This document shows, in pieces, positions 1-12,649 of a DNA stretch of 64,000 nt (positions are counted from its first letter, which is position 1; each line of letters starts with the position of its first letter). The stretch is from Chrysomallon squamiferum (lineage: Eukaryota > Animalia > Mollusca), in the NCBI GenBank assembly GCA_012295275.1, contig CM022665.1:21514001-21578000 (forward strand), written 5' to 3'. The notes beneath the pieces were generated by a model. It was not told where the DNA came from and made no database searches. It worked only from the letters and a program-made list of their open reading frames with translations. Position numbers and translations under genes: made by a program.

Positions 1-11
1 GAGTAAAAAAA

Positions 12-1853
12 TTGGTAAACGGTGATAGAGAACTGATCGATAGTGGGGAATGTAAGAATTCAGTTAGTAATGAGAATAATCCAAATAACGTGAGCAATAA
101 TAGAAAGTCAGAAAAGAGAGAAGGAACTGAATCGAAAGAACTGGGTTCGGAGGCTGATACTATTGAACAAAATGGATCAGACACTGCAACAACTGATAAA
201 AATGAATCAAAAGATTCAACTGTTGGTGGAAATGAATCAGAAGTTGCAATTACTGGTACAAATAAATCAGGATCTACAAGTATTCAAGGAAATGAATCAG
301 AAGCTGCAGAAATTCATGGAAATGAATCAGAAGCTGCAACTAATGATGGAAGTAAATCAGAAGGTGCAGTTGGTGGGATTGAATCAGAAGGTGCAAATGT
401 TGATGGAAGTGATTCAGGAGCTGCAGCTGTTGGTGGAAATGAATCAGAAGCTGCAAGCATGGATGGAAATGAATTACAAGCTGTACGAATTGATAGAAAT
501 GAATCAGAAGCTTCAATAATTGATGGAAATGAATCAAAATGTGCAGCTATTTATAGAAATAAATCGGAAGCTGCAAGAATTGACGGAAATAAATCAGAAG
601 ATAAAACTGCTGCTGCAAATGAATCAGAATCTGCAGTAGTTAATAGAAATGTATCAGAAAATGTATCAGAAGGTATAGCTATTTATAGAAATAAATCATA
701 TGCTGCAGGAATTGATATAAATGAATCAGAAGCTGCGATATTTGATAGAAATGAATCAGAAGCTGCAACTATTGATGGAAGTGAATCAGAGGGTATTACT
801 GTTCATGAGAATGAATCAGAAGCTGCAAAAATTAATATAAATGAGTCAGATGCTGCAACTGTTGATGGAAGTAATTCAGAAGGTGTAACTATTAATGGAA
901 GTGATTCAGAAGCAGCAGCTTTTGATGGAAATGAATCAGAAGCGGCAAACGTGAAAGGAAATGAATTACAAGCTGCAAGAATTGGTGGAAATGAATCAGA
1001 AGCTTCAAGAGTTGAGAGAAATGAATCAGAAGCTGCAATACTTCATGGAAATGAATCAGAATCTGCAGCTGTTGATAGAAACAAATCAGAAGATGAAACT
1101 GGTGTTGGAAATGAATCAGAATCTGCAGAAGCTGATACAAATAAATTTGAAGGTGCAGCTGTTGATATAAATGAATCAGAAGCTGCAACTATTGATGAAA
1201 GTGAATCAGAAGGTGTTACTGTTCATGAGAATGTATCAGAAGCTGCAAAAATTGATAGAAATAAGTCAGAAGCTGCAATTATTGGTGGAATTAAATCAGA
1301 AGGTGCAGTTGATGGAAATGAATCAGAAATTGCAAGCATTCATAGCGGTGAATCAGAACATACAACTGTTGAGGTGAATGAATCAGAAGGTACAAATACT
1401 GATACAAATGAATCGGAACAGCTGAGTAGTGACATAACAGGATCAGATGTTGTTGAAACTAACAAAATAATACATGGAAATACTGATGAGAATGAACTGC
1501 AACAGGAAAGTTTCGCGGAAACAGAACCAGACGTTCCTAGTGATCAGAGAAATCAAAGTGGAATGATGAGAAATGATGAATTAGGGACAGAACATTCAGA
1601 CACTGTCAGATACAGGAGGGAGTGGGACCGATATGCGTCTTACTTACGATTTCCTCTAACCTCAGCCTGGCCAAGTTCCCTTGCAGCTGCTGGATTCTAC
1701 TTCACTGGGACTGGTGATCGCGTTGTCTGCTTCAGCTGTGGTCAGAGCTATGATCACTGGACCCCTGAAGATAACCCACTGGAAATTCACAGACAAATCT
1801 CTCCAAGCTGCAGATTTGTCCTGGGAGAGGAAGAAATGAACCGATTCGGGTAA
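12..1853 (+). CDS. IAP-1 large exon, part 1: 10-aa acidic repeat plus BIR1
   Basis: Frame open to the window edge; BIR motif [42 protein letters not shown]. Confidence 0.85.
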   Translation: MVNGDRELIDSGECKNSVSNENNPNNVSNNRKSEKREGTESKELGSEADTIEQNGSDTATTDKNESKDSTVGGNESEVAITGTNKSGSTSIQGNESEAAEIHGNESEAATNDGSKSEGAVGGIESEGANVDGSDSGAAAVGGNESEAASMDGNELQAVRIDRNESEASIIDGNESKCAAIYRNKSEAARIDGNKSEDKTAAANESESAVVNRNVSENVSEGIAIYRNKSYAAGIDINESEAAIFDRNESEAATIDGSESEGITVHENESEAAKININESDAATVDGSNSEGVTINGSDSEAAAFDGNESEAANVKGNELQAARIGGNESEASRVERNESEAAILHGNESESAAVDRNKSEDETGVGNESESAEADTNKFEGAAVDINESEAATIDESESEGVTVHENVSEAAKIDRNKSEAAIIGGIKSEGAVDGNESEIASIHSGESEHTTVEVNESEGTNTDTNESEQLSSDITGSDVVETNKIIHGNTDENELQQESFAETEPDVPSDQRNQSGMMRNDELGTEHSDTVRYRREWDRYASYLRFPLTSAWPSSLAAAGFYFTGTGDRVVCFSCGQSYDHWTPEDNPLEIHRQISPSCRFVLGEEEMNRFG

Positions 1854-2980
1854 GTGAGAATGCTGAGCAGAGACTACAAGAATTCCTGGGCAGATTAACT
1901 GTCAGTTCAGTGTTACCAGCTGTTCAAAGTGAAACACTTCGTAATCGGTGCGAGTCTGAAAGTTCAGTTAGTGACAATGAACTGTTTGGAGTCTCTGAAA
2001 CATCTGCTGTTAACACCAGTGATTTGGCTACAAACAATGTTTCATTTGCTGTTAATGCTACAGTTCCTTCTTTTACTGGCCAGAGTTCTATCAGTGGTGA
2101 TGCTGTTGCCTCTAATGATTCTCATCAAAGTTCTTCACCGCTCAGTCTCAGTAATTTACCAATCCTTCAGGTGTCCGGTTTTCTGTCTGGAAGCTCTTCT
2201 ACATCGGCCCTGACGTTGCATGCAGCACGTTACAGGGACTACGTTGACGTACAAACACGTATTTTGTCTTTTCAAAACCGATGGCCACATCCTGACAACC
2301 AGACTCCGAGAGAACTGGCAGAAGCCGGTTTCTTCTTCTCTGGTTAGTGTTACTGCTGCTTAATTACAAATCTTCACATTTTAATGACAATGTTAATTTC
2401 AATGGTAACTTAAAACACGACATTTTAATAGTTACTGGAATTGTTTTACATGTTAATAGTTACTGGAATTGTTGTAAATTTTAATAGTTACTGGAATTGT
2501 TTTACATTTTAATAGTTACTGGAATTGTTTTAAATTTTAATAGTTACTGAAATTGTTTTACATTTTAATAGTCATTTGAAATCTTTGACATTTCAATAGT
2601 CACTTGATGTCTTCGACATTTCAGTAGATATTTAAAATGTTTGATATTTTAATAACCTTAGAGAGTCTTTGACATTTTAAGAGTGAAATTAAATTTTCAG
2701 CATTTTAATCTTTATTTCTAATTTAAACGTTTTGGTAGGCATTTGAATTTTTTGATATTCATTTGAATACTTCAGTATTTAATAATCATTTGACTTTTTT
2801 GACAGTTAAATAAACATGTGAAGTTTTTTAATGTCTTTTGAAATTCTTTGATATTTTTTATTCTTACAACATGAAATACATATAAGTAGTAACAGGGAAC
2901 TGATTATTGTTACAGACAAAATAGCATGCAAAAAACAAAAACATAAAGATTCCAAATAATAAAATAAAATGAAACAAAAA

Positions 2981-3019
<39 letters not shown>

Positions 3020-4804
3020 AAAGGTCATCTGAAAAACTGGTGGAACAGCATACTTTAATTTTAATTCATGAAATTGTTCTGTGATTTTATTGGACAATGT
3101 AATTTCTAAAGCTCTTCCTTTTGTTCTTATTATTAAAAAGATAAAACATAAAAATAAAGACGCACAAACATAATTTCTTTGGTGTATTATTATATGTTGT
3201 TGTTATTTTATATAATAATTTGTGTGTGTATGTGTGTGGTGTGTGTGTGTGGGGTGTGTGTGTGGGAGTCAGATGAAATGTATACATTTATGAACAAGCT
3301 CATTCATGTATAAACAGGCAACTCACGTGATAGCACGTCCTGCTTTTACTGCGGCGGAGGACTTAGAAACTGGATGCAGGGAGATAACCCTTACGTGGAA
3401 CACGCCAGATGGTTTCCACGATGTGATTTCATAAGACATGTGAAGGGAGACAATTTTGTTGATTTGGTTCAAGACATGAATGAAAATGAAGAGGAGGTAA
3501 CTAGCTGATATTTTTAGCTTTACCATGAAATTATTAAACTTGTATAACTACATATATTTGTTTTCTCACAAGGAATTCAGAAGTTTGTTAAATTTAATTG
3601 ACATTTCTAATCTTTTCTCTCTCTCTGCCTTTGAACATTTTTATTTAGTTAGTTTGATAGTTGGTTAGTAAGTTCGATATTTATTAAGTTTAGTTTGTAA
3701 TTTTTGTTACATTATCTTTTTGTCATTATTATTATTTAAAATTTATTTTAGATTAACTATAACCAAGTGATGAATATTTTAAATGACTGTCGACCTACAT
3801 TTGAACGTCTTGGAATTAAAACACGTCAAGGTAAGTTTTAATATTATCAAAATTCTAGATTTTTCAATAAGGTTCTATACACTGCACAATGTCAAAGATT
3901 TTACATCCCACGAAACATCATTTTGAATGAGAACACGTCAGTAGAAGTAATATTATAAATATTTTATTTCATTTTGTTCATATAGTTGATGAATTCGTTG
4001 TTTCTGAAGGAAGGAGTGACAAATTTATTGAAACAACAAGAAACACAGAACGTGCAGCTGAAGGTATATTGCAGTTTTATTTCACCATTTTATTTGTTTG
4101 TTTGTTTCCTTGCTTGCTTGTTTGTTTATCTATTATTGTTGTTATTGTTATCATTAACAATATTGTTATTGTTGTTATCATCATTACTGTATTTTTTCTT
4201 ATCGTTGTTACTGCATTTATTATTATTAATATTACTATTATTACATTTTATTCGTTTATTTTTGTTATTATTTATTTATTTATATATTTATTACTGATGA
4301 TGCTATTATTATTGTTGTCACTGATGTTACTGGTGTTGCAATTATTATTATTATTATTATTAGTAGTAGTAGTAGTAGTATTGATATCTGATATATATAA
4401 GAAAGAAAGAAATACAGAAAACCTTTTTGTATATTGGTAAAGCCTTGTGAAGAGTCACATTAATTTTGTGATTAAACCTACAAATTATTTGTTTACAAAG
4501 GCTATGTGTAACAAAATATACAAGTCATTTGATTTATTTAAACTGTTTTTTGTTACGTTTGTAACACATTACTTAACGTATAAGAATTATATTGTTTTTA
4601 TTACGTACTCTTTGATATTTAATAGCTTCCTTGGTGGATGATAATGAGGAACTCATCTGCAAAGTTTGTCTTGGAAACAAGGTCAAAATGGTTTTCCTAC
4701 CCTGCGGTCATCTTTGTTGCTGTGAAGTTTGTGCACCCAGACTGCGAAGATGTCCACTTTGTAGAGAGATAATCCAAGCCACTGTGCGAGCTTTCTTCTG
4801 TTAA
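12..4804 (+). CDS. Inhibitor of apoptosis protein (acidic repeat + BIR + BIR + RING), gene span, 5' end outside window
   Basis: Spliced chain 12-2342 (frameshift ~1836), 3318-3496, 3752-3830, 3986-4063, 4626-4804; all introns GT-AG and phases consistent. Confidence 0.9.
200..1415 (+). repeat. Coding 30-bp tandem repeat (AATGAATCAGAAGCTGCA...), about 40 units
   Basis: Recurrent NESEAAxxxG decapeptide. Confidence 0.9.
1838..2342 (+). CDS. IAP-1 large exon, part 2 (shifted frame): Ser-rich linker and first half of BIR2
   Basis: [11 protein letters not shown]...[29 protein letters not shown]; donor GTTAGT at 2343. Confidence 0.8.
2423..2575. repeat. 28-bp intronic minisatellite, about 5 good copies then degenerate
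   Basis: TTTTAATAGTTACTGGAATTGTTTTACA; TAATAGT at 2426 and 2454. Confidence 0.85.
3318..3496 (+). CDS. IAP-1 exon: second half of BIR2
   Basis: AG acceptor 3316-17; [30 protein letters not shown]; donor GTAACT at 3497. Confidence 0.92.
3752..3830 (+). CDS. IAP-1 linker exon
   Basis: TTTTAG acceptor, [32 protein letters not shown] donor; phase 0 to 1. Confidence 0.75.
3986..4063 (+). CDS. IAP-1 linker exon
   Basis: TATAG acceptor, [31 protein letters not shown] donor; homologous remnant in the paralogue at ~9773-9812. Confidence 0.75.
4626..4804 (+). CDS. IAP-1 last exon: C3HC4 RING
   Basis: [48 protein letters not shown]. Confidence 0.93.
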
Positions 4805-6799
4805 TCTTTTTCTGCCCATTTTTATTATAAAATGTTTCAAAGATGATGATGTGATGAACTTTAATTCACTGGAGAAATTTTTAACGAACTATGAATAGAT
4901 TTGAGTTTCGCACTAACAATTTTAGAAATATGATTTATGACTGATACCCTAGATAATGTGTCTGAGCTATTTGTTTATGACTGTTTTATAATGTACATGA
5001 ATACTAAGTGTGTGTAGTACAGTGATTTAGTTTATGAACCAAATACGCAAACAGTTAAACAATGTCGAAAACCCAAAGTTAAAAATATATAACCCCAAAG
5101 TAAGTACATTGGAGTACACATTATGGCCTTCACGTTATTAGAAATCTATATTGTTTGCTTTTTTTTATTGTTCTTTTTTTCTTTCTGTTATGATATAATT
5201 ATATCTATCTGTATGCGTATGTATATGTGTATGTGTGTATGTGTCCGTGGGTGTATATATATATATAGACACACACACACACACATACATATACATATAC
5301 CTCTGTCCATCCTGTAATCACTATATAATCACTATAAGCAAGATATAATGTACTAGATACATTTCAATGTTTTTGAGAGGCAACTTTATTTCTTTATAAT
5401 ATTATTTTACTCGTGTTCATTTAAATGAAAACTTTAGAAAGAAATGAATTTGAAAAAGTAATAGCAACAAAAAAATATGATGTGTTCAGTTGCTATTCAT
5501 CAAATTATATTAGTGTGTCATTATTATAACTGTTATTGTTATTATTATTATTATTAAGGTTTGTATGAAAACATGGGGGTAACTATCTATCTATCTATCT
5601 ATATATCTATATATATATATATATATATAGACTGATAGAGAGACATAGATCTGTATATATTTACAGGTGCTTGTTTGTATGTGTATATGAATATGTCTAT
5701 GTATGTCAAATTCTAAATCATGTTACCATCTAAGCGAGCGGGAAATTCAAATCGCTAAATAACTATTTATAATTTGTTTATTTATTACAGTTACAGTCAA
5801 ACTCGTTTATTTTATGAGGTTGGGAAAGCGGGACCTCTGACCAACATATTTACATATTTGTTATTTTTCTTATTATATTTCCCTTTTACTTCCTTTCTGC
5901 CCTGAAAATGTCTCCTATTTTACCTTTTTAGTTTTCTGTATCTCTGACTTTGCTTTTTTAAAAACTTGGGGAAATGTTGCGATTCCAAATAATTCACAGA
6001 ATTTTTACCTTTATTATTTTAAAATAAATATTTAAATAAAAAAAAACGACAACAACAACAACAAAAAGTAAAAAACATAAACAAAATAAATAACATTGAT
6101 TAATTATCTGAAATTAATATTATCTGATATATACATTACAAACGAATAAACCAGAGGATTTACGGATTATGACAATTAATTTTCAAGTATCACATCAAAT
6201 AACAGCATAGATAACGTTACATATAACAACTTTTGTAAGTTATTTCATTCAGCAGATTCGTTCTTTTATGCAGAAAAAAAGTTAATAATTGTTTAAGTCA
6301 TATTTATTACTGCAGAAATCTAACAAGACATAAAATATATTGAGAGAAATGACGTATTATGTAGTTAGTATGACATATTTGTATGTCATTATTATTATAA
6401 TTATTATCATCATTTGTTATCACCATTCTCGTCGTCGTTATCATCATCATCATTACTCTTAATGTTTGTGTTTATGTAAAACTGAAAATGCAAAGTAACT
6501 TTGTTTGTTTGTTTGTTTGTTTGTTTGTTTGTTTGTTTGTTTGTTTGTTTGTTTGTTTGTTTGTTTGTTCGTTCGTTCGTTCGTTCGTTCGTTCGTTCAT
6601 TCATTCATTCATTTAGTCACTTATTTTCATCATTAAGTCCCTTCTATTTCCGCAAAAATGTCTATACGTAATTAGCTTTCAAATTCTTCTTTTCCCTTCT
6701 GTAATTTTCTTTCAGTGGAGAAATGATGACATTCAAAATAATAAACTGATATTTTTTTTGTTTAAAGTTAAAATTACAACAAACACACACACAAAACGC

Positions 6800-7860
6800 C
6801 TAGCCCTAACACCAACCCAACCCATATTCCTAACCCTACCTAATCCTGACCCTAACTAACTCTAACTTCAACCCAAACGATAACCCTAATTAGGCCTTTA
6901 ACCCTAACGCCAGCCATAACCCTTAATTCTAACAATATGATAAATTATCGTTTGGTTAAAATAAAACGTAATTAAATATAATCTTAACACTCATCATTAA
7001 CTTTTCCAATTTTTTTCTTGAAATAAAAGTTGCTTTAAATTTTATTCTCATATCATTTTTCAAGTTGTATCTGAAAACTTCACTGAGGTAAATAGAACAT
7101 TTACACTTTTTGCTAACCGTATTCCTAATAATAAACCTAACCTTAACCGTAACCTGAACCATAACACTAACCCTAAAACTAAACATTATACTAACACTGC
7201 CGTTAATGCTAACCCCAACCCTAACCTTAGCCATAACCTTAATTCCAAAAATATGATAAATTAACATTGTATTAAAATAAAATGTATTTTAATATTATGC
7301 TAACAATCTTAATTTTTTTAAAGAAAAGTTATTTTAAATTTTACACTAAAACTCATTTTTAACTTTCCCAAGTAAATGTTTGGAAATAGTAGTGATATTT
7401 TAAAAACTTTTATCCTGATATTTCACATAAAATGTTTTCAAGTTTTATACGAAAACTCTCTAGAGGTAAACAGATAATTAAATCTAACCCTAACAAACTT
7501 TTTTTAACACTAACATTAAACATAACCATCATGCTATCTTTAACCGTAGCCCTAACCCTAGATACAATCTTAATTCTAAAAATATGATAAAACATATTTT
7601 AATATTATCCTAACAATCTTAATAAACTTTAGTAAATGTTTTGAAATAAAATTTATTTTAATTTATATGCTAACATTTATCATTAAAGTTCCCAAGTAAT
7701 TTTCTGAAATAATAAGTTGTACACGAAAACTCGCTTGAGGTAAATAAATACTAACCCTAACCCTAACCGTAATCCTAACACTAACCCTAACCTTAACTCT
7801 AACCATAACCCTAATGATGCCCTCAATACTAACCTTAAACCTAACGCTAGCCATAACCGT
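6800..7860. repeat. ~320-bp tandem repeat (3-4 copies) containing degenerate (TAACCC)n tracts
   Basis: CTTAATTC..AATATGATAAA recurs at ~6921, ~7238 and ~7569, each preceded by CCCTAA-like runs. Confidence 0.75.
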
Positions 7861-8678
7861 ATGTCTATCAGTATAATAAACAAGGACCATATCAAACACA
7901 GATGAGAACACACAAAGCCACATATCACAGATTGTATGACGCACACAAACACACACACACTGTCGCATGGCATTGTTGCGCATTGTGCTTGACCTTGTGC
8001 GGCGTAGAACGTTGTGTGTATATGTTTGGCGTTGTGCATGTATTTGTTGTTTTTAGTGTTGCCCTTGACAGTTAATTGCTATAATCCATAATGACGTCGT
8101 TGATTATTCGTTTGTATATACGTGATAATATTAATAACATCTTATTTTATTTTTATTTTTTAGTTGTTTTTGGTGGGGTTTTTCATCGTAATTTAAATTA
8201 AAAACAACAACAACAAAAAAAAAAAAAAAAAAAAAAAATCCAAAACCGGTCAGTTATTTTGAATCTAAATATTTCCACAAAAAATAAAAAAATTATTACA
8301 AAAGGTATTGGATGGACAAAACAAATACATTTCTTCATAAAATTTAAAAATAAAAAAAATAAATAAATAAAAAAACAACAACAACAACAATAATAATATA
8401 GAAATGGAGAAAAATAAAAAGGTACAATATTTTTGGGGTAGAAAGGAAGGAAAAAGGAAATATATTAAGAAAAACAGCAAACAAGCAAACTTGTTGGTCA
8501 AAAGTCCCGTTTTCCTTTTCTCATATTATTTACAATGTATAAATTAAAACTATTTTGAGAATAACTGCAAATAACTTTAAAAAAAAATGAATTAACCAAG
8601 TTTCCAGTTTACATTTCATGTAGTTTCGAATCTGATGTACATACTAACATTCATACATACATACATATATACATGCAG

Positions 8679-8709
<31 letters not shown>

Positions 8710-8741
8710 GAGAGACACGTACTCACACATGTATACGTACA

Positions 8742-8818
<77 letters not shown>

Positions 8819-9060
8819 AAATGACACATAAATATTATTTCTTCAATAATCACAGAATACATGATTTCCTTTTCTTAATTATTTTATTTCTAAACATTTC
8901 TATTATATAAAGATCATTAATATATTATAAACATTTAATTTTTCAGAAAATTGAAACAAACAAAACCCTACAAACAATGAAAAACAACAACAACACTAGA
9001 TTAATAAAAGGAAACTGACAGAATGCCTAGGATTATCTTTCTACAAAGTGGGTATACTTG

Positions 9061-9411
9061 ACAATACTAAAATTATATTATAAACACTTTAGTGGATACA
9101 ATTTACAATACTAAAATTATATTATAAACACTTTAGTGGATACAATTTACAATACTAAAATTATATTACAAACACTTTAGTGGATACAATTAACAATACT
9201 AAAATTATATTACAAACACTTTAGTGGATACAATTAACAATACTAAAATTATATTACAAACACTTTAGTGGATACAATTAACAATACTAAAATTATATTA
9301 CAAACACTTTAGTGGATACAATTAACAATACTAAAATTATATTACAAACACTTTAGTGGATACAATTAACAATACTAAAATTATATTATAAACACTTTAG
9401 TGGATACAATT
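9061..9411. repeat. 44-bp minisatellite, 8 near-identical copies, inside the IAP-2 RING exon
   Basis: ACAATACTAAAATTATATTA(C/T)AAACACTTTAGTGGATACAATT(A/T) at 9061, 9105, 9149 ... 9369. Confidence 0.95.
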
Positions 9412-10160
9412 GACCCACAGTTTTCACAGCAACAAAGATGACCACAGGGCAGGAAAACCATTGTAGCCTTCTTTTCAAGACAAACTTTGCAGATCAGTGG
9501 ACTTTATCATTTCACGCGGAGTCTGTTAAATATTAAACAATATATTATAAAAAATAAATAAATGTTTTTTTATTTTAAATATAGCGTATATTTTGTAACG
9601 AAACAAATAATAGTTCAGAAACGTTTTTATATCAACTGAATATATCAGTATTAATAATACTAATAAGATCAATAACAATACTAACATCAAAAAAAAAAAA
9701 ATAATCAAAAAAATTATAAAAAAATTAATAAAATGAAAATAATAAAATAAATGAAATAAAACAACAATATACCTAAAGCTGCAAGTTCTGTGTTTCTTGT
9801 TGTTTCGATAAATTCCTTTCTCCATGAACATCAATGTCTGTGTCATAGTTGCTCTAAAATAGATTAATGATATAATAATAACAACAACAACAACAATAAT
9901 AATGTCAATACTAGTAGCAGTAGTAGTACTAAAAAGAACAAAAATAATAATCGTGATAATAATAATAATGAGACAAAAACATAAGATAACAAACATTTTA
10001 ATAGTAACTTAACTAATTAAATAAGCAAATAATAAACAAAATATCCAAGGAAAGAGAAAATAAAGATTACAAAATGTAAATTAAATTTATGAAACTGTTC
10101 AAATCCTTGTGAAAACACAAATATACGTATTTATACAAGTTTAATAATTTCGTGGTGGTG

Positions 10161-10324
10161 CTAAAAATCTTCACTTTCATTCATTTCTCGTACCAAATCA
10201 AAACTTCTGATGAAATCGCATTGTGGAAACCGTCTGGCGTGTTCCACGTAAGGGTTATCTCCCTGCTTCCAGTTTCTAAGTTCTCCGCCGCAGTAAAAGC
10301 AGATTGTGCTTTCATGTGAATTAC
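10161..10324 (-). CDS. IAP-2 exon: second half of BIR2 ending in a premature TAG
   Basis: [46 protein letters not shown]. Confidence 0.75.
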
Positions 10325-10732
10325 CTATTCATGTGAAATACATAAATGTGCTTATTAATAACTGTATACATTTCCTGTGACACATACATCCACCATAACT
10401 CTGCTAATACTGACACACAAATACATACACACTTAGATGAACACTCATATAGAAATACACACAATTAATGTACGATGTTGTATCGATCTTTCAAAGATTT
10501 CATATGACTATCAAAATACCAAAATTCAAAATCAGTCTTAAAATTCTGAAATGTTTATATCACTATTAAAATGTCAGGTAAAATGTCTGTAATTTCAAGT
10601 CTTATTAGCAAATGAACATTAAAATGAAAAAGACTTAAAATGTCAATGATAAAAAATATAGAGCAGTCGAAGAAGATTTTCAAATGATTATTAAAATGTG
10701 AAGATGTCTGATTAAGCAGCAGTAACACTGAC

Positions 10733-11228
10733 CAGAGAAGAAGAAACCGGCTTCTGCCAGTTCTCTCGGAGACTGGTAGTGATGACATGGCGATCGGTAC
10801 TGAAATGACGAAATACGTGTTTGTACGTCGACGTAGTCCCTATGACGTGGTGCATGCAATGTCGGGGCTGATGTAGAGGAGCTTCCAGACAGAAAACCGG
10901 ACAGGTGAAGGTTTGGTAAATTACTGAGACTGAGCTGTGAAGAACTCTTGCAAGGATTTCTGTATGTTGTAATCGGTTCGCTTTCTTCTTGTCCCAGTAC
11001 AAATTTGCAGCTTGGAGAGATTTGTCTGTGAATTTCCATTGGGTTATCTTCAAGTCTCCAGTGATCATAGCTCTGACCACAGCTGAAGCATACAACGCGA
11101 TCATCAGACCCAGTAAAGTAGAATCCAGCAGCTGCAAGACGACTTGGCGAGGCTGAGGCTAGAGGAAATCGTAAGAAAGACGCATATCGGCCCAACGGAT
11201 TCCTGTATCTGATAGTTGCATCATCCAT
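10733..11228 (-). CDS. IAP-2 exon: BIR1, short linker, first half of BIR2
   Basis: [39 protein letters not shown]; donor GTCAGT at 10732. Confidence 0.8.
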
Positions 11229-11724
11229 TCCAATTGTGGCAGCTTATAAATGATGGCAAATTTTGAAATTAAAGAAGTTTATATTAGATAAATCAGCGTT
11301 TCTTTTATAAAATATGAAATCATTGAAGTATTCACAGACGATTTCCCATATAGATTGTTAAATATGTTTTCACAATAACAACATACAAAAAGTGTTTTAC
11401 CTATCTAGAAATAACCTTAATCAAAAACTGTTTCAAATTACATGATACCTTCAGAGGCAGCGCTCAGCTGAACACAAAATAGACATTTCATATTAGTTAA
11501 CAAAATTTACAAATAATTACTTCCATATGTCTATTCCAGTGATTCTTTAAACAATATTAATTGATCTTTTCCACCAGTTTATCTACTTCATCTGTAATTT
11601 CAGTAATATAATTACACTTTTTAAAAATAGTGGAGTGCGGATCATCCCAGCCAGAGTCTAAATCTGGGTCAGTTCTGGCATTGTCAAGTAATAGTTATTT
11701 TATTATATTTTATTTTATTAATTA

Positions 11725-11775
<51 letters not shown>

Positions 11776-12649
11776 GTTATTATTATTATTTGTTCTGTGT
11801 TTTTTTTTTTTTCTTTTATGTTGTTTTTTCAGTTTCATATCTTGGATCTAAAAGAACTATAAAAGGAATGAAAAATTATCACAAATTTTATACATCAGGT
11901 TTGTATTGCTCGATTTTTTCATTCTTTTTTTCTACTGTATAATTTCCCTTAAAAATGAATAAAACTTTTAATGCATTCTTCTCTCATTTTATTAACAAAT
12001 ATGAGCTCGTTCATGACTTGAAAGTTATTAATCAAACTATTGAAAAATCAGTCTTTTAAATCTCTGTGTTGTTGTCTCTCTACCTAATGTATTTAATAAC
12101 TTGCCACGCACAAACGTATTGTAATGCTTAAAATCTAATCAGATGAATAAATTATTATATTATCAGAAAATGAAAGAAAGCAACAAAGCTAAATCTTACA
12201 AGAGTTCGTATGTTATTACTTAGCTGCGAAAATATTTCTTTGTTTCAAAACATTTAGAAGTGAATTCTTTGTCTTTCTACAGCTTGACACTGTCATTTTT
12301 GTCTGCAATTTCGTAATCTAAATAAAAGTTCATTCTAGTGTTTGTTTTGAACGTTTGTGTATTATTATTAACGTAAATTACAATTGTCATGAATTATCTA
12401 CAGTTCGGAGACGATATTGAATACTGATACAAAATCGTTGCTGACTTTTAAAAACTAAAGGTACACAGAGACAGGGCTCTGCTGAACGAAAAACAGACAA
12501 CAGAGAACAAAAATTGAAACTCCTCAAGTCAGACATCGTTGCTAACTAATACTTAGACAGTTTTACTCTTATTAAAAGGTAAACTGTTTTTGAAGTACGA
12601 AACGAAGATGTGTGAAAACCAATTTGTAACACAAATATATTATAAACAT

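Larger units (their letters stand above)
9001..11228 (-). pseudogene. IAP paralogue 2: BIR1-BIR2 open, 3' exons decayed (pseudogene or RING-less IAP)
   Basis: High similarity to IAP-1 exons and intron flanks; lost donor, in-frame stops, interrupted RING. Confidence 0.8.

Noticed and set aside
163-1377. MNQKLQ-repeat ORFs and antisense ORFs
   Set aside because: Alternative frames of the IAP 30-bp coding repeat, broken by stops
200-1415. Secreted glycoprotein suggested by many N-x-S sequons
   Set aside because: In frame with a cytosolic BIR domain; no signal peptide or transmembrane segment visible
6800-7860. True telomere or chromosome fusion site
   Set aside because: Highly degenerate, single orientation, embedded in larger units
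9061-9411. CRISPR-like regular array (also 42575-43330)
   Set aside because: No unique spacers, head-to-tail units, eukaryotic context, no cas genes
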